Made by a program: the position numbers and the translations under genes
Shown: piece by piece, positions 1 through 10,162 of the stretch
Position numbering within the stretch: the stretch's first letter is position 1
Layout of the letters: each line of letters starts with the position of its first letter
The notes under the pieces: model-generated
What the model saw: only the letters and a program-made list of their open reading frames with translations
What the model was told of the DNA's origin: nothing
Database searches by the model: none
Origin: Nitrosopumilaceae archaeon
Lineage (GTDB): Archaea; Thermoproteota; Nitrososphaeria; Nitrososphaerales; Nitrosopumilaceae
Assembly (NCBI GenBank): GCA_965209085.1
Contig: OZ242376.1
Coordinates: 1,216,001-1,280,000 of the forward strand
Direction of reading: 5' to 3'
Length of the DNA: 64,000 nt

Positions 1-1
1 G

Positions 2-3000
2 GCATTCTCCATAACAGGTCCATACGGTTCTGGCAAATCTACTTTGGCAGTATTTTTGGAAGGGTTGTTATCTGCAAAAAAAGATCCTGCATACGAACAA
101 TCCAAGAAATTTCTAGACAGCATATCCTCAGAAGTGTCAGAAATATTGGAAGATGGTCGCCATATACTCACTGCACAAAGGAATGGATTCATACGATGTA
201 CGATAACCTCACAGTCTGAACCAGTCTCAATATCTGTAATACGAGCGCTAGATCGTGGTGCAAGAAAATATTTTGGGAATAAATATAGTAACAAGCATTT
301 TGCTACCGCCTCTGCACTTCATAATGCCATAAACGTGGTCGAAAATGCGACCATTAAAGGCAATATTGCAGAAATTCCAGATGCGCGATCTATTCGCTAT
401 ATTGTAGCAGGCATGTGTGAAAAAGCGCCAGTACTTTTGTTACTAGATGAATTTGGCAAAAACATGGAATATTTTGCAAAAAACGACAGTGTAGCAGACA
501 TGTACCTGTTGCAAATGTTAGCCGAATACGGCAGTGGTAAAAAAGCACTCCCGTTGTTCCTCATCACCTTGCAACACATGGCATTTGAAGAATATTCAGA
601 GGGCATATCTGCACCAAATCGACGTGAATGGTCAAAAGTGCAAGGTCGTTTTGATGACATCCCATTTTCAAATTCACCACAACAAACATGGGAATTAATA
701 TCAAATTCCATTGATATTAGCCCGTTTCCTCTAAGCCTAAAAACATGGTCAAAAAATCAACATAAAAAATTACTAAAAATTACAAACAAATCAATACCTA
801 GCACATTACAAATTGGTAATTGTTACCCATTACATCCCCTATCTCTAGTAACTCTCCCAGAATTGTGTACTAGATACGGTCAACATGAAAGAACTCTACT
901 CTCGTTTATGGTTGGAAGTGGTAAAAACACTGTGCATGATTTTTTGGATAATAATAATTGGGATCCACAAAACCCGTCTACAGTTGGTCTAGATGTATTG
1001 TATGATTATTTCATATCTGGACACAGATCGGTTCACAACCATACATCAGCCAATATTACTCTCCTAATGGAGATTCATCTAGTAATACGGGATTCTCACG
1101 GCCTCTCAAATCTAGCATCAAAGGTATTGAAGACAATCGGACTGCTAAACCTGTTGAGCATATCTGGACCTCTTAGGGCATCATCTAGCATGCTAGAATA
1201 TGCAATAGGCAAAGATTATCAATCAGCAATCCAGGAATTGCGACAGCGTTCCATAATTACATACAGGGAATATGCTGATGAATTTCGGGTCTGGAGGGGA
1301 ACTGATGTTGATCTCCAGTCATCAATAGACATTATACGCCACAGATATACCAAAACTCCCCTCCACGAGATCTTGGAAAAAGTTCAAAATCTTGATTCAA
1401 TGGTTGCAGCAAGACATGGTATCCGTAAAGGTACAATGCGTACCTTTGAGAGAGGGTTTTTGGACAATAAAGGGAACAGAATTTATGAACCTGAAAATGA
1501 CGACGGATTGGTTCTGTACTCTAGCGGGGATATGGTACAATCTACAAAGAAAATCGCAAAACCTGTAATCATAGTAGAATCTAGAGATGATCTTTTACCC
1601 CTGAGGCATTCTGCAATAGATGCACTATCCATAAAGGAAATTTTGGATACAGATCCCAACGTATCAAAAGATTGGGTTGCACGCAAGGAATTATGGGAAC
1701 GTATGGAATGGGCTACAAGCTCAGTAGAAGAGGAATTTCGTAGAGCATACGATCAGAATGCAACTTGGTGGTATATCAATCCACCAAATGGTAAAAAGAT
1801 CAAACTATCTGGAACAGGCGGCATGGCCATATCCCAAGCATCTGATTTAGCGTATGATATGATGCCACGCATACTCAACGAAATGATAAACAGAAATCAC
1901 CTATCAGCACAATCATCACGTGCACGTGCATTATTGGTTAATTCTATGATAAATCATGAACACGACATTCGTTTTAACATCAAAGGCTGGGGACCGGAGA
2001 GAGCAATGTATGAAGCTATTTTTGCAAATACAAAACTACACATTAAATCCAGTAAAAATTGGAATCTTGTAGAATCAGGAGGGAAATTCAAAAATGTATG
2101 GATACATGTAATGAAATATCTCGGATCAAACAAGGAGAGACGAATAAATTTGAATGAGATCTATATGGAGCTCCAAAAACCACCATTTGGGATAAAACTT
2201 GGTCTGATCCCGATAATAATAATATCAATGTTTGTGGCTAGTCACAATAAGATTGCCTTGTATGAGCATGGAACATACTGTCCGGAACTAGAACCTCAGA
2301 TACTAGAACGAATGTACAAAAACCCCAAATATTTTGAATTCAAATATTTTGGAGACAAGATGAATTTGCGACGCAGTATAATAACCGCAGTTGCAAAAGA
2401 GATGGAAATTACTTCAAAATCCAACAATGTTGAAATTTTAGACATTGTTGGAAAATTGGTAAAAACCATTGTAAAACTTCAAAAATATACCAAACATACA
2501 AAATCGTTCAAAGATAAACATACGCTAAAAGTACGCGATGCAATAATCAATGCAACAGAGCCTGATACATTGTTGTTTGATCTTCTTCCACAGGCTCTAA
2601 ACATTGATTTATTTGGAAAACATGCAAATGTTAGGACAATAAACAAATTTGCAAAAAATCTTGCTCGCTCACTGCATTTGTTAGAAAATACGTACGATGG
2701 TATGATTAATGATCTAGTCATCGAATTGTTAGATGTTTCTGGAATTGGGAAAAAAGAAGATCTAGTATCAGTTGCGGCCAATTTAAAAAATCAAATTAAA
2801 ATGGATCCAAAAATGCTCGGCATATTAAATGCCATATCTGTGGGAGATCTTGATGATTCTGATTGGATAACATACATTGCAATGGTTTTAACCGATGTGC
2901 CTCCAACCGATTGGACGGATCAGGATAAACTACAATTCAGTACAAACCTTGCAGAATTTGCAGCCAAATTCAAACGTATATTGGCAATACATGTTGATAA

Positions 3001-3238
3001 AATTAAAAAATCTGGCAGCGTACTACATCGTATTACCATTACAGAAAATACCGGACAAGAGTATATGAGCATGATACAATTAGATGATAAATATGGAACT
3101 AAATTCAAAACGGACGTACATAAATTAATCTCAAAAATAAAAAATGATAAAAATATTAAAACAGAAGAAAATGCCATTAACACAATTTTAGCTATACTTG
3201 GAAAAAAACTAGGTGTAAAAATTGCCAATACCGAATAA
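2..3238 (+). CDS. sspC: Large P-loop ATPase, SspC-like (phosphorothioation/BREX-C-related); 5'-partial
   Basis: Frame is open from base 2 and reads AFSITGPYGSGKST (Walker A) before the TTG at 44; Walker B LLLLDEFGK; EWSKVQGRF, CYPLHP, YGQHERTLLSF and PPFGIKLG motifs typical of the family; PAPS reductase nearby. Confidence 0.72.
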   Translation, partial: AFSITGPYGSGKSTLAVFLEGLLSAKKDPAYEQSKKFLDSISSEVSEILEDGRHILTAQRNGFIRCTITSQSEPVSISVIRALDRGARKYFGNKYSNKHFATASALHNAINVVENATIKGNIAEIPDARSIRYIVAGMCEKAPVLLLLDEFGKNMEYFAKNDSVADMYLLQMLAEYGSGKKALPLFLITLQHMAFEEYSEGISAPNRREWSKVQGRFDDIPFSNSPQQTWELISNSIDISPFPLSLKTWSKNQHKKLLKITNKSIPSTLQIGNCYPLHPLSLVTLPELCTRYGQHERTLLSFMVGSGKNTVHDFLDNNNWDPQNPSTVGLDVLYDYFISGHRSVHNHTSANITLLMEIHLVIRDSHGLSNLASKVLKTIGLLNLLSISGPLRASSSMLEYAIGKDYQSAIQELRQRSIITYREYADEFRVWRGTDVDLQSSIDIIRHRYTKTPLHEILEKVQNLDSMVAARHGIRKGTMRTFERGFLDNKGNRIYEPENDDGLVLYSSGDMVQSTKKIAKPVIIVESRDDLLPLRHSAIDALSIKEILDTDPNVSKDWVARKELWERMEWATSSVEEEFRRAYDQNATWWYINPPNGKKIKLSGTGGMAISQASDLAYDMMPRILNEMINRNHLSAQSSRARALLVNSMINHEHDIRFNIKGWGPERAMYEAIFANTKLHIKSSKNWNLVESGGKFKNVWIHVMKYLGSNKERRINLNEIYMELQKPPFGIKLGLIPIIIISMFVASHNKIALYEHGTYCPELEPQILERMYKNPKYFEFKYFGDKMNLRRSIITAVAKEMEITSKSNNVEILDIVGKLVKTIVKLQKYTKHTKSFKDKHTLKVRDAIINATEPDTLLFDLLPQALNIDLFGKHANVRTINKFAKNLARSLHLLENTYDGMINDLVIELLDVSGIGKKEDLVSVAANLKNQIKMDPKMLGILNAISVGDLDDSDWITYIAMVLTDVPPTDWTDQDKLQFSTNLAEFAAKFKRILAIHVDKIKKSGSVLHRITITENTGQEYMSMIQLDDKYGTKFKTDVHKLISKIKNDKNIKTEENAINTILAILGKKLGVKIANTE

Positions 3239-3254
3239 TCTACCCCCCAATATT

Positions 3255-4286
3255 ATGAAATTAAATATGACAAAATATGTTATAATATCATCGATTGTGC
3301 TTTTACTAGTTATCTCTAATGTAGGTATCGCACACATGCAAAATTCCAATACCATCCCTTCATGGATAAAAAATAATGCAAAATGGTGGAGTGATGGCGC
3401 AATTACAGATAATGAGTATATATCATCTTTAGAATATCTCATCGAACATAAAATAATAAAAATTGAAAATGATTTACAACAAAGTACAGAAATAATCGAT
3501 AATGGTGAATTTTACATAACTTATGATCCAAATCTAAACACCGCATATGAAGGGATAGATATAGCTCTCAGATATTTACAAGAGTATGAAATTTTAGAAA
3601 ATGAAGTTGAATTTCTTAATGAACATTTACGTTTACCCTATGATGTTGAAATTTTAGCTACAGAATGTGGAGAAATAAATACATTATATTATCCTGATGA
3701 AAAACAAATTGTAATATGTTATGAATTTGTAGATTATGTTTTTGAGCTATATCATTATTATAATGAATATGATGAAAATGATGATTATGTAAGTAATTAT
3801 GCATATTCAGTAATTATTGGAGCATTTTATCACGAATTAGGCCATGCATTAATTGACATATATCAATTACCAATTTCGGGTTTGGAAGAAAATGTTGTTG
3901 ATCAATTTTCTGTATATATGATGGATTTTTTTGTTGGTGATGATTATAACTGGTCAGGAGCTGATATGATACTTGCTAACGGATATAGTTATGATTTAGA
4001 AAATGCCTGGCTGAATGAATTTGAAGATGCCTATGAAGAACGCATATATCATGATACTCATGGATTAGATGCTCAAAGAAAATATAATCTGTATTGTTGG
4101 GGATATGGATCAAATATCATAGAATATGAATTCATGATAACGGAGGGACATTTGCCAGAAGAGCGTGCATATAATTGTGAATTAGAATATAGTCAAATAG
4201 TTGATGCATGGCAATATTTCTTAGATGATTATGATTACGGATTTTTTGAGTTAAATTCTGAACTAGAATGGAATTCTTCATCATAG
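3255..4286 (+). CDS. Secreted DUF4344-type zinc metallopeptidase with thaumarchaeal IPxWIKNNAxWW domain
   Basis: Signal peptide; IPSWIKNNAKWWSDGAITDNEY repeat domain; HELGHALID...LPISGLEENVVDQ; HGLDAQRxYNxxCWxYG. Confidence 0.8.
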   Translation: MKLNMTKYVIISSIVLLLVISNVGIAHMQNSNTIPSWIKNNAKWWSDGAITDNEYISSLEYLIEHKIIKIENDLQQSTEIIDNGEFYITYDPNLNTAYEGIDIALRYLQEYEILENEVEFLNEHLRLPYDVEILATECGEINTLYYPDEKQIVICYEFVDYVFELYHYYNEYDENDDYVSNYAYSVIIGAFYHELGHALIDIYQLPISGLEENVVDQFSVYMMDFFVGDDYNWSGADMILANGYSYDLENAWLNEFEDAYEERIYHDTHGLDAQRKYNLYCWGYGSNIIEYEFMITEGHLPEERAYNCELEYSQIVDAWQYFLDDYDYGFFELNSELEWNSSS

Positions 4287-4355
4287 AATGCCTGATGATT
4301 AGATATGATCAACAGAATTTAACATTCAACATTTTATTATGACCCATGTTATGAT

Positions 4356-5162
4356 ATGATCATGGGAGATATTCCAACTAGAGATGACATAAGCATAGGC
4401 TCATCAGTACATGTAATCTGCAAAAATGATCAAAAAAGTGGTAAAATCACAAAAGGTATCGTTAAAAAAATATTAACAAAGTCACACGATCATCCATATG
4501 GAATAAAAGTAGAACTTGAAGACGGTAAAATCGGCAGAGTAAATAAAATTGAAACTCGTAACATCACATCTGCAGTAATAAATAACAAAACAAATCCAAA
4601 TGAATCCATTTTTGAATTACTTGATGAAAAAATTATACCGAATACAGAAGATACACAAAATGAATTCAAAGAATTTTATCAATACGATGAAGATATGGCA
4701 AAAATACCATTAAATATGTCGAATAGAAATTCAATAATAAACACAAAAGCTAAAGTTGTTCAAAAAAGATTTGTTATTGCAGTTTGTGCATTTGGCAATA
4801 GCCAAATAGGTGGTTTTGTTTACATCGGAATCGATGCTAAAGGGAAAATTATGGGGTTAGATAGAGATATGAAATTTGGAAAATTTTCAAATTATACTGA
4901 TGAATTTGCAAATCATGTAAGGGATACACTTGGCCATTATTTGCAAAATAGATCTTTTGTTGTCAGTAAATTAAAATTTGAATTTACAAAAAGAAATGAT
5001 AAAACCATATGCATAATACAAGTATCTCCATCAGATGATGCATTATTTTTTACTGATGGTAAATTATCCGAATTTTATGTACGTGGACCAGCGCCAAGAG
5101 CTGAACATCTTACTGGTAAAGATATGGCCACATATATTATGGGCAGATTTCAAAATAATTGA
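4356..5162 (+). CDS. YwbE (DUF2196) domain fused to Schlafen/AlbA_2 nuclease domain
   Basis: N-term KNDQKSGKITKGIVKKILTKSHDHPYGIKVELEDGKIGRV = YwbE; C-term EDTQNEFK, CAFGNS.GG..YIGID, FYVR = AlbA_2. Confidence 0.8.
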   Translation: MIMGDIPTRDDISIGSSVHVICKNDQKSGKITKGIVKKILTKSHDHPYGIKVELEDGKIGRVNKIETRNITSAVINNKTNPNESIFELLDEKIIPNTEDTQNEFKEFYQYDEDMAKIPLNMSNRNSIINTKAKVVQKRFVIAVCAFGNSQIGGFVYIGIDAKGKIMGLDRDMKFGKFSNYTDEFANHVRDTLGHYLQNRSFVVSKLKFEFTKRNDKTICIIQVSPSDDALFFTDGKLSEFYVRGPAPRAEHLTGKDMATYIMGRFQNN

Positions 5163-5353
5163 TTATTAGTATAACCTAAAACAAATAGATGATATATGAT
5201 ATTTTAACACAATAAAAAGATTATATCGGATACATAATTGATCAAGTTCATAATTTTATGAGCAAAAATGACGTATTTGAACGATTATGTATACGGTCGA
5301 ATGGTTTAGAATGCCAATTATGAAATTAATCATATACATAATACTATTAAGTA

Positions 5354-7111
5354 GTGTGGCGTCTAAAATTATCTGTGGGAACTGCAAAATTAGTAGAACT
5401 AAGTGAAAAACAAATACGAGACATATTTGGACATGAACATCATTATCAAGTTCCAAAATATCAAAGAGAATATTCATGGTCAGATGAACAAATTAGTGAA
5501 TTTATGTCTGATTTGTTTGAACATGTGGATAACGAATTAGAAAATTATTATTATTTTGGAACAATTTATCTTATTGGTATTAATGATAAAAATGAGGAAT
5601 GGATGGTTGTCGATGGTCAACAACGCATAACTACATCACTCATTTTTCTTACTGTTGTTCGTGACATAATTAGAGAATTTGATAAAAATGACTATGCAAA
5701 TGAAATTGATCGATATATAAAATATCAACACGAATCAGAATATAAAATACGTTTAGAATTAAATACTAGAAATAATGATTTTTTTAAAAATAATATGATG
5801 ACAGATAGGACAACTGATCAAAAATTTTTATCGTTCAAATCTGCTGAAAGTCAAAATAAAAATCTTGTTGATGCATATACAAATATTTATGAACATATAC
5901 AGAATAAAATTAATAAATTAACAAAACAAGATATAAAATTAGAATATTTGAAAAATACTGTAGAATATTTTCTGAAATATTTTATTGTGACTCAAAATAT
6001 TGTTGAATCACATGAAGTCGTTCAAGAAATTTTCGATACAGTAAATCATAGAGGAATACAATTATCGGAAATGGATTTTGTTAAAAATGAAATACTAGAA
6101 CTAATTGAACAAGATAAAGATGAAAATGAAGATGTTGGAGAATGGAATCAACAGTGGATAGAAATTTTAAATATTCTAAATATGATCAAAGTAAAAGAAA
6201 CTCAATTTCTTCGACATTATTTATTAGCATATCATAAAAAAACTGCAATGAAAAATGTTGCCAATACAATTATTTCTATTGTTGAAGATGGAATACCACC
6301 GACAGAATTTATTAAAGAATTACGCTCTACAGTAACAAACTATGCTATACTAAAGAATCCACCATCATTCCGTGAAAACAGGAAATTACATAATAGTTTG
6401 AATGCAGTAATATCATTAGAATCACAGACATTATATCCTGCATTGTTAGTTGGATATGAAAAATTAGGAGATAGTGAACTATTTATCAAATTGACAGATA
6501 TGTTAGTAAAATATTTTTTTAGAGCTAGAACGATATATCATAAAGAATCCCACAATATTGAAAACGCCATAGTGAAAATCTGTGTTATGCTAAGAACAAT
6601 CCCAGATACTCCATCACAAGATGTCTTGGAAGGTATCAAAAACTATCTTCATTCCCCAAAAATAAATCCGTCTGATGATGATTTTGTGTCTGCTTTTAAA
6701 ATATGCACAATAAAAAATGAAAGTACCGCAATCTATATTCTAAGTAAACTAAATGAAGCAATGTCTGGTCATGATCAAATTGACAATCCATTTTTAGAGT
6801 ACATAATGCCAAAAATGATTACAGATACTAAATGGGATGAATATTTAAGGGGTAAATTAAGAATAAGTGATATCAATGATCGTAAAATTTATCATTTAAA
6901 TAATTTATATAAAATTGGAAATATGACTTTACTTAATACACAACATGTGCCCAGTTCAGATTATATCGATATAAAAATAAGTACAATATATAATGATGAA
7001 AAAATACTAATGACAAACTCTTTGAAAAAATTTATCAAGTGGGATGAAGAAGATATTAAAGAACGTCAAGAAATGTTTTCAAAGTTAGCTAGAAAAATTT
7101 GGCAATTATAG
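5354..7111 (+). CDS. DUF262-DUF1524 (GmrSD/SspE-like) protein with altered HNH motif
   Basis: PKYQREYSW, VVDGQQRITT, FDTVNHRGIQLSEMD (DUF262); C-term LEYIMP...KIGNMTLL...IKERQ (DUF1524, EHxxP His replaced by Tyr). Confidence 0.85.
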   Translation: MWRLKLSVGTAKLVELSEKQIRDIFGHEHHYQVPKYQREYSWSDEQISEFMSDLFEHVDNELENYYYFGTIYLIGINDKNEEWMVVDGQQRITTSLIFLTVVRDIIREFDKNDYANEIDRYIKYQHESEYKIRLELNTRNNDFFKNNMMTDRTTDQKFLSFKSAESQNKNLVDAYTNIYEHIQNKINKLTKQDIKLEYLKNTVEYFLKYFIVTQNIVESHEVVQEIFDTVNHRGIQLSEMDFVKNEILELIEQDKDENEDVGEWNQQWIEILNILNMIKVKETQFLRHYLLAYHKKTAMKNVANTIISIVEDGIPPTEFIKELRSTVTNYAILKNPPSFRENRKLHNSLNAVISLESQTLYPALLVGYEKLGDSELFIKLTDMLVKYFFRARTIYHKESHNIENAIVKICVMLRTIPDTPSQDVLEGIKNYLHSPKINPSDDDFVSAFKICTIKNESTAIYILSKLNEAMSGHDQIDNPFLEYIMPKMITDTKWDEYLRGKLRISDINDRKIYHLNNLYKIGNMTLLNTQHVPSSDYIDIKISTIYNDEKILMTNSLKKFIKWDEEDIKERQEMFSKLARKIWQL

Positions 7112-7283
7112 TAATAGATGATTATCAATTTAAAGATTCCAGCATACAAACGCATGACCGTTGATCATAATAAAATATTTGCTAGATGAAGAATGCATAT
7201 AGTATAAGAATTTATAATTTACATTTTATCATAAACACAACGAATACAATCTCCAAAGTAACAATTACCCCACATTATTGTTT

Positions 7284-8322
7284 CTAAAAAATTAGATAAT
7301 CGTGCAGTTTGACAAGTTTCATCTGTTTGGACAGTATGACCTTGTCAATTTTCTTTTTCAGGTGTCTGATCGATTCAAAATGCCCATTTGATATGCATTT
7401 TCGTAAAACACGCCACTGGATTTCTATAGGATTCAGCTCTGACGTATACGGTGGAAGATAAATTAACCTGATTCGTCCTTTTCTAGATTTGACGTATTCG
7501 AATACGTCACAGTGGCGATGATAAGAGGCATTATCGTACACTATTGTCACATGATCAAACTCTTTTTCCAGGATTTTTATAAAATCCAAATGGCTGTCTT
7601 TGTTTGCTTTATCGTAAAACTCGAATATGAAAGAATCCTTGTTCAAGCTCCAAACATGGTTATTCTGTGTCTAGTCGGATCCAATGGAACTTGGGGTTTG
7701 CTGCCTATGAGGTACCATGTGTCACGGATATTGGTTGTTGGATGCAGATGAATCTCATCCATAGCCACGGTTACTGCTCAGTGTGCCTCTCTGCCAATGT
7801 GCCTAGCTTTTTTCTAAAGTGCTCCTGTTCACTCTTTGATGCATCTTTGGGATGGTACTGACGGGGTTTTTGAATTGTAAATCCAAGACGTTTGAGTAGA
7901 TTTTGTACAAAACGAGGGACATATTTTACTTTGAATTTTTTTCAGATGTGATCCGTTACCATTACAGTAGACCATGCGGACTGACCATATCTGTATTTTT
8001 CAGGTACGGCAATCAGATCCTTTGTTAGTTTTTCAAGCTGTTTTTCTAAAAAATAGCATCCCCTGCCAAGATGTTTTATGTTGTATCTGAAGGTTAGTCA
8101 TCCTCCATTACCCGTATGAGCCATTTGCATATTGTTGTCTTTTTTACGCCAAGTTCCTCGCCAATTTCCTCTCATTGTTTTACCCTATTTTCTTTTAATC
8201 CATGAGAGAAGACGCTGTTTTGCAACTGGAATCTTTTCTTTTGCATGACAATTTCTAAGATATGCGATGCTCATGTTTGGCATGAACTTGATGCCTGCCG
8301 GAATTCTGTTCTGTCGTGTCAT
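7284..8322 (-). pseudogene. IS630-family transposase, fragmented
   Basis: C-term DDE_3 motifs IVYDNASYH and LPPYTSELNPIEIQW (7284-7646); N-terminal part (MTRQNRIPAG..., ATG 8322) broken by stops/frameshifts. Confidence 0.85.
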
Positions 8323-8413
8323 ATTTGCTCTGAAACCTGATGCGATCTAAACGTAGCGGTCAAATTTTTGTTAGAGTGGTTGAATGTAATTGACAACTTC
8401 TTATGCTATATCA

Positions 8414-10162
8414 CTAGTTTTCTAACGTTTTCATTAATTCAGCAAGACGCCTACTCCAATCAAATCTGACATTTCTTAAATTTCTCAGTTCATCATCCGA
8501 TAGACTATGATTTTCATAATATGCCCAGGATACAAACATCAAATTTATAGCTACACGTAACTTATTCATGATATTTTTGATATCCTTCATATCAATATCT
8601 TCTGGAATTTTTTCAATGGCTCCAACTATGTGCTTATAGGCTGGATGAAGTTCATTTAATGTTATTATAGTAAGTCCACTTTGAAAATCAACATCAAAGA
8701 AATAATTGTTAGCTAATTGTGCAGTTATAAGTTGAGTTTTCACTTTGTTCGTTAACATTAGTTTAGCTTCTACAGATGCTTTTTCAGGATCAAATATTTT
8801 GGAAAGTGCTTCAGTTAAAACTTTTTCTTTCTCATCATTTGACATGTTTTCTTGTTCTTCAGTCCTAGTTGGACTTGTGTCTGTATCAGGATAAAGATTG
8901 GAATCACGGTCAGAATTTTTTTTAGGACCCGCATTTGTACGCTTAATTCTAGTTCTCATGGCACGAATTCTAGCGTTTATGTGTATCACTAATTTTCGTA
9001 AATCGTCTAAGTCATCATCATCATCATCATAATCTTGTTGTTCTTCATTACGAGATATTGCACCAATTTCCTGAGTCATAGCAGAAAAATTATTGGCATC
9101 CTGTTTAGTATTGGATACACCAAACACATCATCTAATGCAGTAGGAAATTCTAGTTCAACACCCCACCATCGTTCTAACGGATCATATGTTTGGCACAAG
9201 TTGGTATCGACGTATAACTCTCGATTTGCACGTATTAATGAGACTCCTAGGTTAGAATTAGCATGTTTACCATGAGTGAGACTTCCTGCTAATTGACCGT
9301 TTATCGGTGTTCTTGCTTCTTTGGTTGCAAACGTACAGCGGATTATTACATCATGACCATCCACAGATACAACATCCTCTAATTTATCACCATCAATCTG
9401 AAACATGGGGGTTTTGTCCCACGGGGTCGGTAGCCTTGTCGGAACCATTTGATAAAGTGGATCATTTGGGTGTATGTTATGAGTTTCAGCCATTTCATTA
9501 GTGTCAAGATCAAAAGTTACAACACTGATTTTAAGATTATTATTATGGATAAATTTTCGATATATTCTACCAACAAGTTTTTCTAAATTTTTTACCAATG
9601 TTTTTGATTTTTTAGATCGAATTTTATCTATATCTTCCCAAATAACCATAGTTCCTGATTTTGAATTTTTAAGATATTTGGATTTATTTTTCCAAAGTTT
9701 TGGCAATTCCGTTTTTTGTGGTTCCGTGGATCCTAAACCATCGGTAATACTATCAATAATGTTTATTTCTGAAAATAATACTTCATTAGGATTTAACCAT
9801 GAATATACAGTAACATGTTTACATTGGGACATAGATGATTGTGGGAGTCCTAATCCAAATTTACCAATTCCTTTTGTTTCACGATGTGTACCAGCACCAG
9901 CTGTAAGAGAATCCCACAATTCATTTTTATTCATTCCAACGCCATCATCGATTATTGCAATTTTTTCTAAACGTTTTGTAATCCTCTGGGATGAATAATT
10001 TTGTTTTTCTGCACATAAGATCTCAATATGTTTGGATTCGGCCTCTACTGAATTATCTATTATTTCGGCAAGTGCATATATTGTATTTCTATATGAAACA
10101 CTACGCATCGATGTAGCAAGTTGCTGGCCAGTATAAACGGGACGAATGTTAGTCATTACCAA
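8414..10162 (-). CDS. MORC-type GHKL ATPase (HATPase_c_3); candidate SspFGH-type effector subunit
   Basis: Bergerat-fold motifs ALAEIIDNSVEA, IIDDGVGM, IGKFGLGL, SGTMVIW; LDDVFGVSNTKQ; overlaps upstream helicase stop. Confidence 0.85.
   Translation of the reverse strand: MVMTNIRPVYTGQQLATSMRSVSYRNTIYALAEIIDNSVEAESKHIEILCAEKQNYSSQRITKRLEKIAIIDDGVGMNKNELWDSLTAGAGTHRETKGIGKFGLGLPQSSMSQCKHVTVYSWLNPNEVLFSEINIIDSITDGLGSTEPQKTELPKLWKNKSKYLKNSKSGTMVIWEDIDKIRSKKSKTLVKNLEKLVGRIYRKFIHNNNLKISVVTFDLDTNEMAETHNIHPNDPLYQMVPTRLPTPWDKTPMFQIDGDKLEDVVSVDGHDVIIRCTFATKEARTPINGQLAGSLTHGKHANSNLGVSLIRANRELYVDTNLCQTYDPLERWWGVELEFPTALDDVFGVSNTKQDANNFSAMTQEIGAISRNEEQQDYDDDDDDLDDLRKLVIHINARIRAMRTRIKRTNAGPKKNSDRDSNLYPDTDTSPTRTEEQENMSNDEKEKVLTEALSKIFDPEKASVEAKLMLTNKVKTQLITAQLANNYFFDVDFQSGLTIITLNELHPAYKHIVGAIEKIPEDIDMKDIKNIMNKLRVAINLMFVSWAYYENHSLSDDELRNLRNVRFDWSRRLAELMKTLEN

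Noticed and set aside
7240-8410. Terminal inverted repeats for the IS630 remnant
   Set aside because: Only a weak match (shared CAATTAC); ends could not be defined confidently
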